DNA of 64,000 bases, from positions 26,412,001 through 26,476,000 of the forward strand of contig OZ024757.1 in the NCBI GenBank assembly GCA_964016885.1. Direction: 5' to 3'. A program made the position numbers and the translations under genes. The notes under the pieces were generated by a model. The model worked only from the letters and a program-made list of their open reading frames with translations, did not search any database and was not told where the DNA came from. How positions within the stretch are numbered: the first letter of the stretch is position 1; each line of letters begins with the position of its first letter. Source of the stretch: Eledone cirrhosa. Taxonomy: Eukaryota. This document shows positions 13,112 to 32,534 of this stretch, piece by piece.

Positions 13112-13865
13112 ATACGTCTGTATGTGTATGTCTGTATGTGTATGTCTGTATGTATGTGTATGTCTGTATGTATGTGTATGTCTGTATGTGTATGTCTGTA
13201 TGTGCATGTATGTCTGTATGTGTATGTCTGTATGTGTATGTCTGTATGTATGTGTATGTCTGTATGTGTATGTCTGTATGTATGTGTATGTCTGTAAGTG
13301 TATGTCTGTATGTATGTGTATGTATGGATGTATGTGTATGTATGTATGTGTATGTATGTATGTCTGTATGTGTATGTACGTCTGTATGTGTATGTCTGTC
13401 TGTATGTGTATGTATGTCTGTATGTGTATGTATGGATGTATGTGTATGTATGTCTGTATGTGTATGTCTGTCTGTATGTGTATGTCTGTATGTGTATGTA
13501 TGTCTGTATGTGTATGTATGTCTGTATGTGTATGTCTGTATGTATGTGTATGTCTGTATGTGTATGTATGTCTGTATGTGTATGTCTGTATGTGTATGTG
13601 TGTATGTCTGTATGTGTATGTCTGTATGTGTATGTATGTCTGTATGTGTATGTATGTCTGTATGTGTATGTCTGTATGTATGTGTATGTCTGTATGTGTA
13701 TGTATGTATGTCTGTATGTGTATGTATGGATGTATGTGTATGTATGTCTGTATGTGTATGTATGTCTGTATGTGTATGTATGGATGGATGTGTATGTATG
13801 TCTGTATGTGTATGTATGGATGTTGTTGGATGCGTGGATGTGTATGTATGTGTTGTATGTGTATG
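13112..13865. repeat. (TGTA)/(TCTG) compound microsatellite
   Basis: Direct reading. Confidence 0.9.
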
Positions 13866-13997
13866 GACCTGTAACGTCTGATGGAGTTGTAATGGTCACA
13901 TAGTAACATACAGCGTGTCTTGGGTATTTTAAACCTGGCCGAGCCCATCTTCTCTCCAGGTCTGAACACAGCTGATTTCTTCTAGAGGAAGAGAGAT

Positions 13998-14055
<58 letters not shown>

Positions 14056-14434
14056 AAAAAGAGACATAGAGGAAGAATTGACTGTCACCCATACATCTCA
14101 TTAAAGTCATGAGGACACCAACATGATATCTAATGTGTCTTGGACACTTATTTAAAAATCTGGTGGGCCCATCCCTTCACCAGATTGGAACACAGTCAAT
14201 TTCTTCCAGAGAAGGAAAAAGAAAGTTAGAAAAAGATATAGAGGAAGAATTGACTCAAGTACTGGACTGCTACTTTTTTTAATCATCCCCGAAAGGATTA
14301 AAGGCAAAGAAAACCTTGGCGAGATTTGAACTCAGAAAGCTGGAATATGTACTGTAAAGCATTTTATCCAACATTCTAAGAACTCTGCCAATTTGTTGCC
14401 ATTTCTCACATTTATGCCATTGTTATTGTGTTAA

Positions 14435-14630
14435 GGGCGGTGGATTGGCAATATCAGTAGAGAGTCGGATGCCATACTTTGCAAGCATAGAGTTACAGTC
14501 CTTTATGATCTGAGTTCAAATCCCACCGAGGTTAACTTTGCCTTTCATCCTTACAGGTTCGATAAAATAAAGTACCAGTAATAAACTGGAATAATTGCTG
14601 ACCTTGTGCCAAATGTAGAAACAATTATTA
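14435..14630 (+). mobile_element. SINE family 1
   Basis: Full-length copy. Partial or degenerate copies at ~12905-13021, 14255-14400, 15148-15240, 47061-47105 and 52280-52410. Confidence 0.88.
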
Positions 14631-14639
14631 TTGTGTTAA

Positions 14640-14860
14640 CCCTTTAGCATTTAAACCAGCCATGTCTGGCCAAAATTCTCTCACCTCTTTCTGTTCAAAC
14701 CAGCTGTAACTGGTCACTCATAATGACGTTAAGGTATTGTTCTCAAAATAAATAATATCAAAATCTCATAGATTCGATATTATGTGAGATAATTATGTGA
14801 AGTAAAGCCTTTACCACAGCAATACAATAGTAAATATAGAGTAATGTTAATGCTAAAGGG
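14640..14860. mobile_element. TTAA-flanked (piggyBac-type) MITE
   Basis: TTAA-ccctttagcatt...aatgctaaaggg-TTAA; partial copies at ~33208-33290 and ~52830-53008. Confidence 0.85.
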
Positions 14861-15477
14861 TTAAATTAATTTAGTTGATATGACAATTATATGACTTACT
14901 CCAAATGCTTCTGGACAATTTGCCATTAAAAATCCAGGTTAAAATTCTTTTTAAAACAAGCAAAGTTTTGTAATCCAGAAAACGGCACAATGCTTTACTC
15001 AAAAGTTCATAAACAAAAAAAGAAGGGTGGTGCCCCAGCATGGCCTCAGCCGGATGGCTGGAACAGGTAAAAAAGTAAAAGAGTAAAAAAATTGTTTATA
15101 TAGTGAACTGGTGAATGCCTCAGTATTCATTCTGACTTACTGTGTTCTGTCTGAGTTCAAATCCTGCTAGAGTCAACTTTGCCTTTCATTCTTTCGAGGT
15201 TGATAAAAATAAAAGTACCAGTCTAATACTGGGGTTGATTCTTTCATTTTCTGTTTTTGGAAACAACTAGCTATGTTCAGACCTGCAGAGAGATGGGTTC
15301 TGCCAGGTTTTAAATGCTCAAGACATGTTGTGTATCAAGACCTTGCCCCTATGAATCCATCAAGAATTAAAGAACCCTTTATCTAAATATAGTAAACCAG
15401 TGAATTGCTGAAGGGTCTTTGGAGTAACATTACTCAATAAAGTGCATAACTTGGAGATCAGAGAGTCACTCCAGGTA

Positions 15478-15917
15478 ATAATAATTGTTTCTACTTTTGG
15501 CCCAAGGCCATCAATTACCCAGTACATTACTGGTACTTTATTTTATTGACCCCGTAAGGATGAAAGGCAAAGTTGACCTCGGCGGGATTTGAACTCAGAC
15601 CGCAAAGGGACGTAACTATGCTGGAAAGCATGGCGTCCGACCCTCTACCGATACTGCCAATCCACCGCCCTAATAAATAATAATAATAATAATAATAATG
15701 GTTTCTTATATAGGCACAAGGCCAGTAATTTTGGTGGAGGGGAAAGTCGATTAAATCGACCCCAGTGCGTGACTGGTACTTTATTTTATCGACCCCCGTA
15801 AGGATGAAAGGCAAAGTTAACCTCGGCGAGATTTGAACTCAGATCATAAAGAGTTGTAACTCTATGCTGGAAAGCATGGCGTCCGACGCTCTACCGATAC
15901 TGCCAATCCACCGCCCT
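15478..15917 (-). mobile_element. Two tandem SINE family 1 copies in (TAA)n
   Basis: 15478-15670 (short form) and ~15695-15917 (long form with extra ggtggaggggaaagtcgattaaatcgacc). Confidence 0.9.
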
Positions 15918-15921
15918 AATA

Positions 15922-15966
<45 letters not shown>

Positions 15967-16994
15967 GAAAAATAAGAAAAACCCGAACGTAAGTAGAGGA
16001 ATGGATGAAGCACACTGTCTAAATTAATGAGACAGTCGCTAAGATGAAATAAATTAACGAGACAGTCACTAGAATGGGAAAAGGCATGACTGGAAAGCAT
16101 CAGCGACATAGCTCAGTCAATGTAACATCGTTAGCGGAGGATTGTAGAGGGGAATCCTACTAAATACTTCGTTTATCTGTCGTGTCAATGGGTGATTAGC
16201 TGTATTCACTTTGTGGTGGTGGTGGTGCTGGTGCTGGTGCTGGTAGTTCTGGTGATGGTGATGGTACGGTGGTGGTGGTGGTGGTGATGGTGGTGGTGGT
16301 GGTGGTGATGGTGGTGGGGTGGTGGTGGTGGTGGTGGTGGGGAGGTAATGATGATGGTGGTGGTGGTGGTGGTGGTGGAATATATGAAGAGACAGTGTGG
16401 TGGTGATTGCGATGGTGGTTTGTGATCGTTTTCGGTGACGTTAACATTGCCGTGGTGGTGGTGGTGGTGATGGTGATGGTGCTGGTGGTGGTGGTGGTGG
16501 TTGTATGGAAGTGGTCGTTGGTGATGGTAGTCATTGTTGTTCTCACAGTGGTGGTAGTGATGATGATGATGGTAATGGTGGTGGTTAATGGTGATGGCAG
16601 TCGTCATTATGCTGATGGGTAGGGTGGGTGTTTCAAACAGGAGCTGCTCCACCTGTTTCCATTACTATAAACCTTTGAAATGGAGCTGTAGTTTAGTGCC
16701 TGCCCCCTTCAAGTTGATGAAATGAAACACTTGTTGGTCGGTTATGTACGATCAACATGTCCCCTTGTATCAGTGAACGATACCAAACTATGGCCCTTAA
16801 CCCTGTCATTACCATATTTCTAATGACAGACACTACGTATGATTTTCAAATAAGTTTGAAAATAACCAAGAATTTGTAGGGATTTAGTAATATAACTTTT
16901 TTATTAAGCTTGTGTTTGGAGCATAAGAAAGGTTCTTAGAATTATTGTGGGAGGTGTTTAGATATACAAAAGCCTGAAATAGGATTCCTTCAAA

Positions 16995-17345
16995 GGTTCT
17001 TTGGAGTAACGTTACTTGATAGAGTGCATAGCTCGGAGGTCAGAGAACCACTCCAGGTAGAGCTGCTACTTCTCCGAATTGAGAGATCACAGCTCCAATA
17101 TTATGGGCATGTGGTTAGAATGTCTCAGGAAATAATCACTGGAGAGATTTTACGGGCAAAATCAACCGGCAGGAGACTCAGAGGTTGACCCCGAGCAAGA
17201 TGGTTGGATAACATCCATGAGTTATCATTTAGTCTCGCTTGGGAATCAAGCCAGATCAATTGGAGACAGCTGCTTCGGACAGGACCCACCTGAAGGATTG
17301 TTTGAGGACTCTGACCCCACGACCCTCCCAGCATTAAGTGGGTGA
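16995..17345 (+). mobile_element. Degenerate RTE-clade LINE fragment (third family)
   Basis: LLLRIERSQLQYYGHVVRMS...GRRLRG*PRARWLDNI; a related piece lies at 15412-15476. Confidence 0.75.
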
Positions 17346-17424
17346 AAAAGAAGGTTCTTAGATAAATATATACAGTATGAAATAAACAATTTTGTATCAT
17401 AGAACCAGGAGCAGTTTCAGTTAT

Positions 17425-17788
17425 TCACTGTGGTACAGTGTAATACACTGTATTACACTGTTATATATTATAGTACACTGTATTACATTATAGTACACTG
17501 TTGTACACTGATATATATTATAGTACACTGTATTACACTGTGATATATTATTGTACACTGTTCTACATTGTATTACACTGTGGCCACACTGTAATAGATA
17601 GACAGTTTTATACTGTGGTACATTATGGTACACTGTATTACACTGTAATACACTGTGGTACACTGATGTACACTGTAATTCACTGCGGTACACTGTAATA
17701 CACTGTGATACACCATGGTTCACTGTATTACCCTGTGGTACACTATAATACACTGTGATACACTGTGATACACTGTGGTACACTGATA
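17425..17788. repeat. 10-bp minisatellite (tacactgtNN)
   Basis: Direct reading. Confidence 0.9.
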
Positions 17789-18111
17789 CCTATTTACAGC
17801 TGTGAACTACACATTGTCCAGTATCCACTTACAACTAAGTGGTATTGGTCAGTGACAACTGAAGTACTTTGGCTATAGATACAACAATGCACTACTGGTG
17901 GTAGGGTCTAGATTGGTTGACCTCTCCGCTATTCCACTCATAACCTCAGCACACCCAACCCTCCTCTCACTACTTATTGTTTCTGTTAGAGGAATGTATG
18001 TATGTGTGGACCTTTAACTCCTAATGGAGATGTATAGGCTCTGGCACGGCATATCTCGGGCATTTGAATCCTAGGCAGAGCTCATTTCCTCTCAAGGTCT
18101 GAACTGCTATA

Positions 18112-18900
18112 TTGGCTCCCACTTTGAAGGATACACTTCTTCAATCCAAGGAAATCAACACAAAATACCCGATTCACAAAGATGTCATCACGGTACTGTC
18201 TACTATGAGGCATGATGTAGTGGCCAAAACACTGAACAATGCAATCCGTAAAAAAAATAGCCCCGATAATAAACACATTAAAAGCTATAGCAATGTGGAA
18301 GACATACATATACATAATATGAAAGAGTACTGGTGGAATGTCATGATATGGGACAGGGAAAAGAGGGCATGCACAGTAGTGGAAGTTAGCTGCCCAGCAG
18401 ATGAAATATAATATCAAAGATTAGCGAAAAGGAGAATATCTATGCAGAACTAATGAGAAATCTGCAGATACTCCACCCTGACTATACCTTCAGATTTATG
18501 CCTGTGATTATTGAGGCACTGGGTTATGTTAGTAACTGCCTCAATACAAATCTTGAGAAGCTAGGCTTCACAGGAACAGAGAGAACATGACTAGTTAGGA
18601 AATTACAAGTGCAATCCATTAATGGAACAGTAAAAATATGTAAAACATTCCAAAAATGTTGCATCTAATACATACACTAGTACAGATACAAAGCATATGC
18701 ACATGCCCACATACAACTTAAAACATACACATCCACTCATACAATAACATCTATACCTACACACATGCACGCATGCAGACATACATATCTACCTAGTTGA
18801 TGTTGTGTAAATTGCAATGAGGGAGTCTTGTAACTATGTTAGAAACTGACTCTCTCTCTATTGGTAAAAATTTGTGAAATTATAAAACCAGAAGAATATA
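18112..18900 (+). mobile_element. RLE-endonuclease (R4/Dong-like) non-LTR 3' remnant
   Basis: RHDVVAK motif, then WD.EKR.CTVVEVSCPAD, K..YAEL, PVII.ALG; frameshifted; ends in (TACA)n-like repeats. Confidence 0.75.
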
Positions 18901-19268
18901 CATGCATACAATCATACATGCATACATACATATGTACATTCATACATATACACATACATATACACATACATTTTATTTTTAAAACAGTATTCAGCATTTA
19001 ATTAGTTTAAGAATAGAATTAGAGGGACCACATTTTGTTCATAAATCAATGAGGACAGAGAAGGAAAGGATATAGATACCATAACTGTGGAGACGGAAAA
19101 ATTCCCTATTAAATATACATTTATAATACATTCTCTTTCATATCTATTGACTAAATTCTATTTTCTCTTCTCTTCTATTCTTTATTCAATGAGCACTTCA
19201 GGAAAAATGAGTAATTAAATTAAAGTGACCTCCCTTTGTTCAACAACCGAAAGGTCATAACTTCACTT

Positions 19269-19300
<32 letters not shown>

Positions 19301-19493
19301 CTCATATACAAACCAATAATGAATGAATTGATATATTCATAACACCACTCTCCACCTCATGTATAGATATGTGTCTGTGAATGTGTGTATATATATATAT
19401 AAGAATTATATATATATATATGAATTATATGTTGAAAAGGTAACACACTAGAGAGAGATAGTGCGCCATCAATAAAACAGGGAAAAACCACCA

Positions 19494-19618
<125 letters not shown>

Positions 19619-20121
19619 GGTTGACTGAGCACACACATGCTTTCTTCCTGTGAAAAAAATGCTTTGTTTTTTTTCCATTTCTTCCTCTCATCTATCCTCC
19701 TATCCTTCTATTTCTGTTATCTCTCATTCTATCTTTCCAATGAAGGACTAATGACCAAAACCTTAAGACTCTCTCCCTACTATATCAAGCATTAAATTAA
19801 TATATAACATCATTGCACTGTATTGTTCTCCCGTGTTATTTTTCCTTGTTGATTTTTCATATACATACATACATACTCATACACACATACACATGTATAT
19901 ATAAGTATATAATGCACTGATACCAAAGTGATTTCCAGAGGTTGACCAAGAAGATAGGACTGTTTGTCTTTCTGTTGTTTTTTCCATTGGTTTTTTTTTT
20001 TTTCATGTACACTCCTATATTTTGAATATATCTAAACTATAATAAAGGAAGGTCTGCGGGACTGCGTACGTTTTTTTTTTTTTTATCCCGGTTAGTAAAA
20101 TAAGTTGGATTGCTTTGAATA

Positions 20122-20257
20122 AATAATTGTTTCTACTTTAGGCACAAGGCCAGCAATAACCCAGTGCATTACTGGTACTTTATTTTATCGACCCCGTAAG
20201 GATGAAAGGCAAAGTCAACCTCGACGGGATTTGAACTCAGATCGTAAAGGGACGTAA
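20122..20257 (-). mobile_element. SINE family 1, 5'-truncated
   Basis: Same consensus. Confidence 0.88.
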
Positions 20258-21433
20258 TGAATGAATATTACATAATTTATCTACTAAATTTCGTAAAAAT
20301 AAATAATTTAAAATTGACTTCTTTTCAAAGTTGCACTTCCGGTATATCGTTGCTACCACCACCACTTCAACTACCATATATATAGAAAGAGAGAGTGTGT
20401 GATGTCAACACTTCCAGTGGCGATCACTTAAATAAAAATACTAATTTTCTGTCACTAATTTTCTCCTAATGCAGTTTATATATAATATCGTCTTTTTTTA
20501 ATGTATCATGGATTACGTTACTGATTACTTAAGACAGTGTAACAACGTTTTCGTTCAATTTCTGTTTATATTGTCAATTACAATTTTATTTGATGTGTCA
20601 TATCTACATGTTTATATACTTGCGTATAATATCAATATACACACTACACATGCTAGCAGAAAACCACCTGAAGGGTGTTTTTTCTGCTAGTATATATAAC
20701 AAAGAAGGTGTGGTAAGAAACCAGGTGGACCATAACGCACTAGAGTAATCGATACTTAGAATAGTAGAGTGGGTAATAGGAAGAGTCAGGACCACACATA
20801 CATACATACATTCCTCTAACTTATATATATAAGGAACAAGGGGCTGTGTAGTTGATAAAGTGTATTTAGAAATAAAAGGAAACCACAAACAAGAGATAGG
20901 TCCCCTCTTCAGTTGTCTGCTGGCGGTCTCAGACATTTCAACGCATTAAAGATAATATGTCTATATAGGGATTGTAACATCCTGTTAATGTAGGTTCACC
21001 AGAGTGAGCACTCGATGCTTAGTTTCCAGAGTAGGGTTAGATCAATACAGATCGAATCTTGAGCTGATCAATAGCGAAACGCGTGTCACTACTCCATAAA
21101 CATAATGAAGACATAACAAATCATCCTTTTATTACTATTGTGTTGTTTCCTTGAACAAGACCTTTTATTTCACATTGCTCCAGTTTACTCAGCTGTAGAA
21201 ATGAGATGATAGGGACTGGGGTCCCTATCATACCACTGTAAAGTGGTCGTGGAGGGGCCACGGCAAAAAAGCACCCAGCACTCACTGTAAATGAGGTTGG
21301 TGTTAGGAAGGGCATCCAGCTGTAGAAATCAAGCCAGAATCAGTTCCCATCCCACCCTTGCAAGCAGAGAAAAAGCGGACATAAAATGAAATGATGTTGG
21401 TGATGATGATATATTTATGCATATATATCTATA

Positions 21434-21469
<36 letters not shown>

Positions 21470-21742
21470 AGCCTGTAGGTTGAGGAAAAGGAGGAGGAGA
21501 GGAAAGGAGTACAAACTCTTCGTACTCCTGGAGTTGAGGGTTGCACATTTTTTCGGGGGTATGTGTTACCCATATGAACTGTCTCCCCCTATTGGGGAAA
21601 ATCGACTAACTTTTTAAATTGCATTTGTGATAACATTTTACACATTTTTATTGTGTGTAAACTTCCCCCTTTGTATTTGTCCCCTTCTTTTGTGCCCCTG
21701 TGGCTAATAAAGAAACATATCTATCTATCTATCTATCTATCT
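21470..21742 (+). mobile_element. 5'-truncated Tx1 3'UTR copy in (TATC)n
   Basis: ttgcacattttttcgggggt and ccccctttgtatttgtccc...aataaagaaa match the full-length element's 3'UTR; (TATC)n on both sides. Confidence 0.85.
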
Positions 21743-21743
21743 C

Positions 21744-21799
<56 letters not shown>

Positions 21800-22189
21800 C
21801 ATGTATAAATATATGCATAAATCATCATCATCATCATCGTTTAACGTCCATTTTCCACGCTAGCATGGGTCTGGACGGTCCATATATGTATATATAAACA
21901 CACACTCACACACACTATATATATATATACACACACGCACACATATGGTGCCTTTACTACTCAAGCAGGAATTACGGGTCATACATACATAAATATTTAT
22001 TACCATTTAAGGCATGATTTCCATGTGGGACCAACATGTAACCCAAAGAAATGTTGTGTAAGATAGTTGTAATGTAACTATTATAGCTGTTCAGTGGCTT
22101 TAGAGAGATGTTACCACATGTTGAATATTACACTACACACAGACATATACACATACATACACACACATATATACACGTACATACACACA

Positions 22190-22231
<42 letters not shown>

Positions 22232-22472
22232 CACATACATACATTCACACAGACACACGCACACATATATATATATATACATACACACACACACACACAC
22301 AGGCACACACACATATATATACATATACACACAGACACACACACATATATATACATATACACACAGACACACATTATACACTTACATACATACACACACA
22401 AACACACACACATATACATATACACACACATACACATACACATACATATACATACACACACATGCAACATAC

Positions 22473-22523
<51 letters not shown>

Positions 22524-22839
22524 TATATATATACACACACATATATATATATACACACACACACATATATATATACACACACACACTCATATACACACAC
22601 ACACTCATATATACACACACACACACAGAGTAGGAGAGAATGAGAGTCAGACAGATGTAGACATAGACAGACACGTGTCTATATATGCTTGTTGAAACAC
22701 ACATATACACACACTTGCACACACTTATACATACACACAGACTTGCAGGAACACAGTCATGCATATAAATGTGGAGGGTGGGGGGGCAGCTAACCAACTG
22801 ACCCTCCAGCCCACCAGTCAATTGGTCCACCAGCCAGTC

Positions 22840-23345
22840 AACCAGCCAGCTAGCTAAGCAACCAGCCAACTAGTTAACCAACCAAACCAACTAGTTAACC
22901 AACCAACCAACTAGTTAACCAACCAACCAACTAGTTAACCAACCAAACCAACTAGTTAACCAACCAACCAACTAGTTAACCAACCAAACCAACTAGTTAA
23001 CCAACCAAACCAACTAGTTAACCAACCAACCAACTAGTTAACCAACCAACCAACCATTAAGTCAGCTCTTCAGTCAGCCAACCAACTAACAAACAAGCCA
23101 GCTAGTCAACCAACCAACAAGCCAGCCAACCAACAAGCTAGCTAGCCAACCAACCAACCAACAAGCCAATCAGCCAACCAACCAACAAGCCAGCCAACCA
23201 GCCAACCAACCAACCAGCTATCCTGCCAGCCAACCAGTCAGCTTGCCAGCCAACCAACCAACAAGCCAGTCAGCCAACCAACAAGCCTGCTAGCCAACCA
23301 GCCAACCAACCAACCAACCAGTCAACCAACCAACCAACCAACAAT
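22840..23345. repeat. (CCAA)n/(CCAG)n with a 20-21-bp ccaactagttaa higher-order unit
   Basis: Direct reading. Confidence 0.9.
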
Positions 23346-23411
23346 CCAGCCGGCCAGCCAGTCTACCAGCAGGCATAAGAACAGAGATATTCCCATTGAA
23401 TCCCACAGGGC

Positions 23412-23442
<31 letters not shown>

Positions 23443-24033
23443 AAGAAGAAGAAGAAGAAAATAAATATATGGTGAGGGGGGGAGTGGAGTTGGGTGGGGT
23501 GGGATGGAGTGGGGTGATGTAACAAGGAAGGCTGCAGTCTATTGTCTAACTGTGAAAATATGAATAGAAAGGTGGGGATGAGGAGGAAGAGGAGGAGATG
23601 AGGGGGAGGGGGGAAGGGTTGGAGTGAGTGATAGATTAAATAGAGAGGAGTGAATGCTTGTGTGAATGTGTGTACATGCATTGCAGGCACACGGACATAT
23701 ATGCAAATAGATGTATATACAGGTTATTATATAAATATATATATGTATGTATGTATGTGTGTGTGTGCGTGTGTGTGTATACATGCATATATATGTGTGT
23801 GTGTGTATACATGCATATATGTGTGTGTATGTGTATATATGTGTGTGTATATGTGTGTGTATGGATGTATGTGCGCATAAATGTATATATGTATGTGTAT
23901 ACATGCATACATACATATATATATATATAAATAAATATATACTCACACACACATATTTACACACATATATATATATATATACCCACATATATACATTTAT
24001 GCACACATACATCCATACACACATACACAGACA

Positions 24034-24103
<70 letters not shown>

Positions 24104-24153
24104 TACACATATACAGACATATATACATTTATATATATAAATAAATATATACT

Positions 24154-24207
<54 letters not shown>

Positions 24208-24421
24208 CACATATATACAGTTATGCACACATACATCCATACACACATACACAGACATGTGTGTGTATATATATATACATACATATATACACATATACAG
24301 ACATATATACACATATACAGACATATATACATTTATGCGCACATACATACATACACACAGTCACAGACGTGTGTGTGTATATATATATATTTATATTTAT
24401 ATATATATGTGTATTTGTCTG

Positions 24422-24481
<60 letters not shown>

Positions 24482-24919
24482 TATACATATATGTGTGTGT
24501 GTGTGTCTGTATATATATATATATATATATATATAGATATATAGATGTGTCTATATATGTATATATATATAAAATTAGAATTTTATTTATAACCCATACG
24601 TACATATGTATATGTATATATATGTGTACATGTGCATACATATATATATGAGAACCAGTGGATTGGGATGGAGAGAGAAAGAGAGAGAGAGAGAGTTAGA
24701 GAAAGAGAGAGAGAGAGAGAGAGAGACGTAGAGAGAGAGAGTTAGAGAAAGAGAGAGGGGGAGAGGGATGGGTAAAAGTGGGATGGGTGATGACAAGAAA
24801 GTGGAAGACTTTAGAAAAGGCAGATGCACATAAATAGTAAACTGGGCCTCAGAGATAAGAAATTCCATTGACCGGTCTCATTAGTTTGATCTATAAGTGA
24901 ATAGTGAAGTATTGCATGT

Positions 24920-28757
<3,838 letters not shown>

Positions 28758-29090
28758 TATTTAAAAAAATAGACGTGTGACACATGAGTTGTGATATATT
28801 AGTAAAAAGGAGAAGAAAATGGTGACAAAATTTTCCCAGTGAAAAATAGATTAATTAGGAATAAGTATAAATTAGTAATAAGTATTAGTTAGTATTCTGT
28901 TTTAGTTTTAAGTTTTTACCGGTTGGGCATTTCTTATGCTTTTCAAAAATAATTTTGAGATAGAATGCTAGTGATTTTTTCTCTAATCTCAGATTAAAGC
29001 AAAAATCACGAGCACTCTATCTTAAAATTATATGTATTATATATATATATTATATAAATTATATATATTATATATACATATATATTATAT

Positions 29091-29237
29091 TAGTGAAGTA
29101 ATTCCGTCGGAAAGGTCCAGGATAAAAGAGTGCTCTATGTAGGTTACAGAGCTTAATAGTTATGTAATAAACAACATAAGATAATTATTTCATTTACATG
29201 TAAATGAAATAATTATCTTATGTTGTTTATTACATAA
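29091..29237 (-). mobile_element. Fold-back element family D
   Basis: Palindrome ~29160-29237 (centre tttacatgtaaa) with tail 29091-29159; same family at ~3190-3352 and ~30570-30665. Confidence 0.8.
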
Positions 29238-29376
29238 ATATATATATATATTATATATATATATGTATATATATATATATAATATATATATGTATTATAT
29301 ATATATATGTATTATATATATATATATATATTTTATATATATATTATATATATATTAGTGCATATATATATATATA

Positions 29377-29932
29377 AAAAGTGCAGGGCGATAAAAATAG
29401 ACGGTAGCAACGGAGTAGGCAGACCCAGAAAAACCTGGGACGACTTGATAAATTCCGACCTCACACACTTACACCTCTCCAAGACAATGTCACTGGACCG
29501 AGATCTTTGGCGCTACACAGTAATACAGAAGACCCGTCTTGCCTAAGTACAAAGCGAAACCTACAGTCAGTAGGCACCTCTAACAAAAATACACCCCCCC
29601 CCCCCCCCCGTCCCACTTCTCCCATCCCATCCACACCACCCCTTTCAATGTAAAGTTATGTTGGTACCACAACATCCAGTCCGAAACAAATGAGGTCGTG
29701 TAGGTGTCACGAAAAAAACACACAGTCCACGCTGTAATGTGGCTGTGTAGGTAACACGGTAAAAACCTCCAAGTCCACACTGTAAACGTGGTTGGTGTTA
29801 AGAAGGGCATCCAGCCGTAGAAAACCCGCCAGACAGTCCTATACGACAAAGACAACCAATCTTGCCTCAAGTGGGAAAATTCCTGTCCAAACCCATGCAA
29901 GTGTGGAAGAAGGGCGTTAAACGATGATGATA
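29377..29932 (+). mobile_element. RTE-clade LINE 3' fragment (same family as 56118-57175)
   Basis: KKCRAIKIDGSNGVGRPRKTWDDLINSDL; 3'UTR near-identical to 56660-57160. Confidence 0.9.
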
Positions 29933-30151
29933 TTATATATATATGTATTATATATATATGTATTATATATATATATATATAAGAATTAAAATACTAGAGT
30001 GTGTTGGAGTTAAACACCCTCTTCATATTATAGAAATGACAGTATAAGATATAGCTCAATGTAATTAAACAGAGACGAAGAATTATAAAAAATAAACCAG
30101 ACTTTTGATATATTGAAGGCTTCTTTGGTTTATTTTTTATAATTTTTTATA

Positions 30152-30192
<41 letters not shown>

Positions 30193-30805
30193 ATATATAT
30201 ATATAATATATGTTTTATATATATATATATTATATATATATAATATATATAGATTTATATTATATATATATATATATAAATATATTATATATATATACTA
30301 TATATATATATATGTATTATATATATATATATTTTATATATATATATTATATATATATATTTATTAAAATAACAGATTAAAGTTTAAGCAAAGAATCGCT
30401 GCTTTCACCCTTAACGGGATCTTTTTGGATTTTAGTCTTCAAATTTATTATTATTACTATTAGATATATATATATATTTTATATATATATATATTTTATT
30501 ATATATATATAATATATATATTATATATAAAATATATATTATATAATATATATATATATATATATTATTAAGTGTTTCCATAGGAAAGATAAAGGAAAGG
30601 AGAGTGCTCTATGTAAGCTACAGAGCTAATTAGTTATGTAATAAACAACATGAGATAATTATTCCATCTTCAGCTCGATCTAAAGATCCACATAAGGTGA
30701 AACAATTGTTCTCAGTATGGTGAACTAACTGTTGTGTTACCACTTCTACCAAACTCGTCCCATGGACTGAGTGCTCTACCAGTACAGAGTGCTCTACCTT
30801 CCAGT

Positions 30806-30939
<134 letters not shown>

Positions 30940-31340
30940 GAGGTTCATTATAAAGTGAATTACAGGGCTATGAAAAAGAATACTTATTACCTTACTAGAG
31001 TAAAATATTATATATTCCAAGCTGAATGTTTGTGTGTCACTACTCAGAGTTTCTCATGACCAATCTTCATGGGAAAGTTGTCTTTCTATTTATACTTATA
31101 CCTATAGTCAGTTATGTACTACCTTACATGATCTCATATTATAGTTGGAAGTATACATCATATGTTGTAGAGTGCTTTATACTGTTTATACCTCTATTTA
31201 TTAATTAGAGCAAAGAAGGAAATGCTTCGCTGATAACCGATTAATTAAACATTTGGTAAGAAAACTATATACAAGTATATATTTATATAATTATATGTAT
31301 GTATACATTTATATGTGTGTAGGTATGTATATATTTGTAT

Positions 31341-31411
<71 letters not shown>

Positions 31412-31451
31412 ACCCATGCCACCGTGGAAAAATGGACATTAAACGGAAATG

Positions 31452-31482
<31 letters not shown>

Positions 31483-31744
31483 CACACATACATACAAGTA
31501 TATACTTAACTACTTGCATATAAATATATCTTTCCTATGATGATGGTGGTACAGGTGAAAACTATGTGGATGATGGTAGTGGTGGTGGTGGTGGGGTGGT
31601 GGTGTTGTTGGGGATGCTGGTGGTTTTTGGTGGTTAAAATGATCACAAAGTCACTTCATAACGACATGCCTTCACTTTCAGTCACACCACACAGCACCTT
31701 GAGCAAGATTCTTCTACTATTGACCTGGGTTAACTAACGACTTA

Positions 31745-31955
31745 TGAAACTGTTTAAGATCTACAATGGCATTGGCTCCTCAGAGCTGAGCTGATTCACC
31801 TTATGCCACCTTCAATGAAACCCCCTTTTCCTCACACATCTCTCCTCCTATCATCCCCCATATTGTGTCCAACAGTCAAGGCCTTGCACTGACCACTACA
31901 CCAGTCATTCCTCCCCAGAACTTAATCCCCCTGGAATTCTTTCCTTCCACAGGTC
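31745..31955 (+). mobile_element. Degenerate CR1/L2-like LINE remnant
   Basis: KLFKIYNGIGSSELS ... FLPRT..PWNSLP motifs with stops and frameshifts. Confidence 0.5.
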
Positions 31956-31975
31956 AGCTTGCATTATTGTAAAAA

Positions 31976-32169
31976 GGGCGGTGGTTTGGCAGTATTGGCA
32001 GAGTGTCGGACGTCATGCTTTGATGCATAGAGTTATGGCCCTTTCCATTCTGAGTTCAAATCCCGCCGAGGTCAACTTTGCCTTTCATCCTTACGGGGGT
32101 CAATAAAATAAAGTACCTGTAATGCACTGGGTAATTGCTGGCCTTGTGCCAAAAGTAGAAGCAATTATT
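31976..32169 (+). mobile_element. SINE family 1
   Basis: Full-length copy; attattgtaaaa flanks both sides (probable TSD). Confidence 0.9.
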
Positions 32170-32355
32170 GTAAAATAAACATCAAGAACAGGAAAATTTA
32201 TAATTGGAAATGAATAAAAAATATATTACATGTACACCATTTAATGTGTGTGTATGGTGTGTGTGCATGCACAAACGTACATATTTACATACACACACAT
32301 ATATATATATATACATATTTACATACACACATATATATATATATATATACATATT

Positions 32356-32392
<37 letters not shown>

Positions 32393-32451
32393 TTACATAC
32401 ACACATATATATATATACATATTTACATACACACACACACATATATATATA

Positions 32452-32534
<83 letters not shown>

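Noticed and set aside
14900-14997. Minus-strand exon candidate with a strong donor (gga|gtaagtc)
   Set aside because: Peptide not recognisable and no compatible neighbouring exons.
20334-20343. ETS motif cacttccggt as a promoter
   Set aside because: Single motif with no supported downstream exon.
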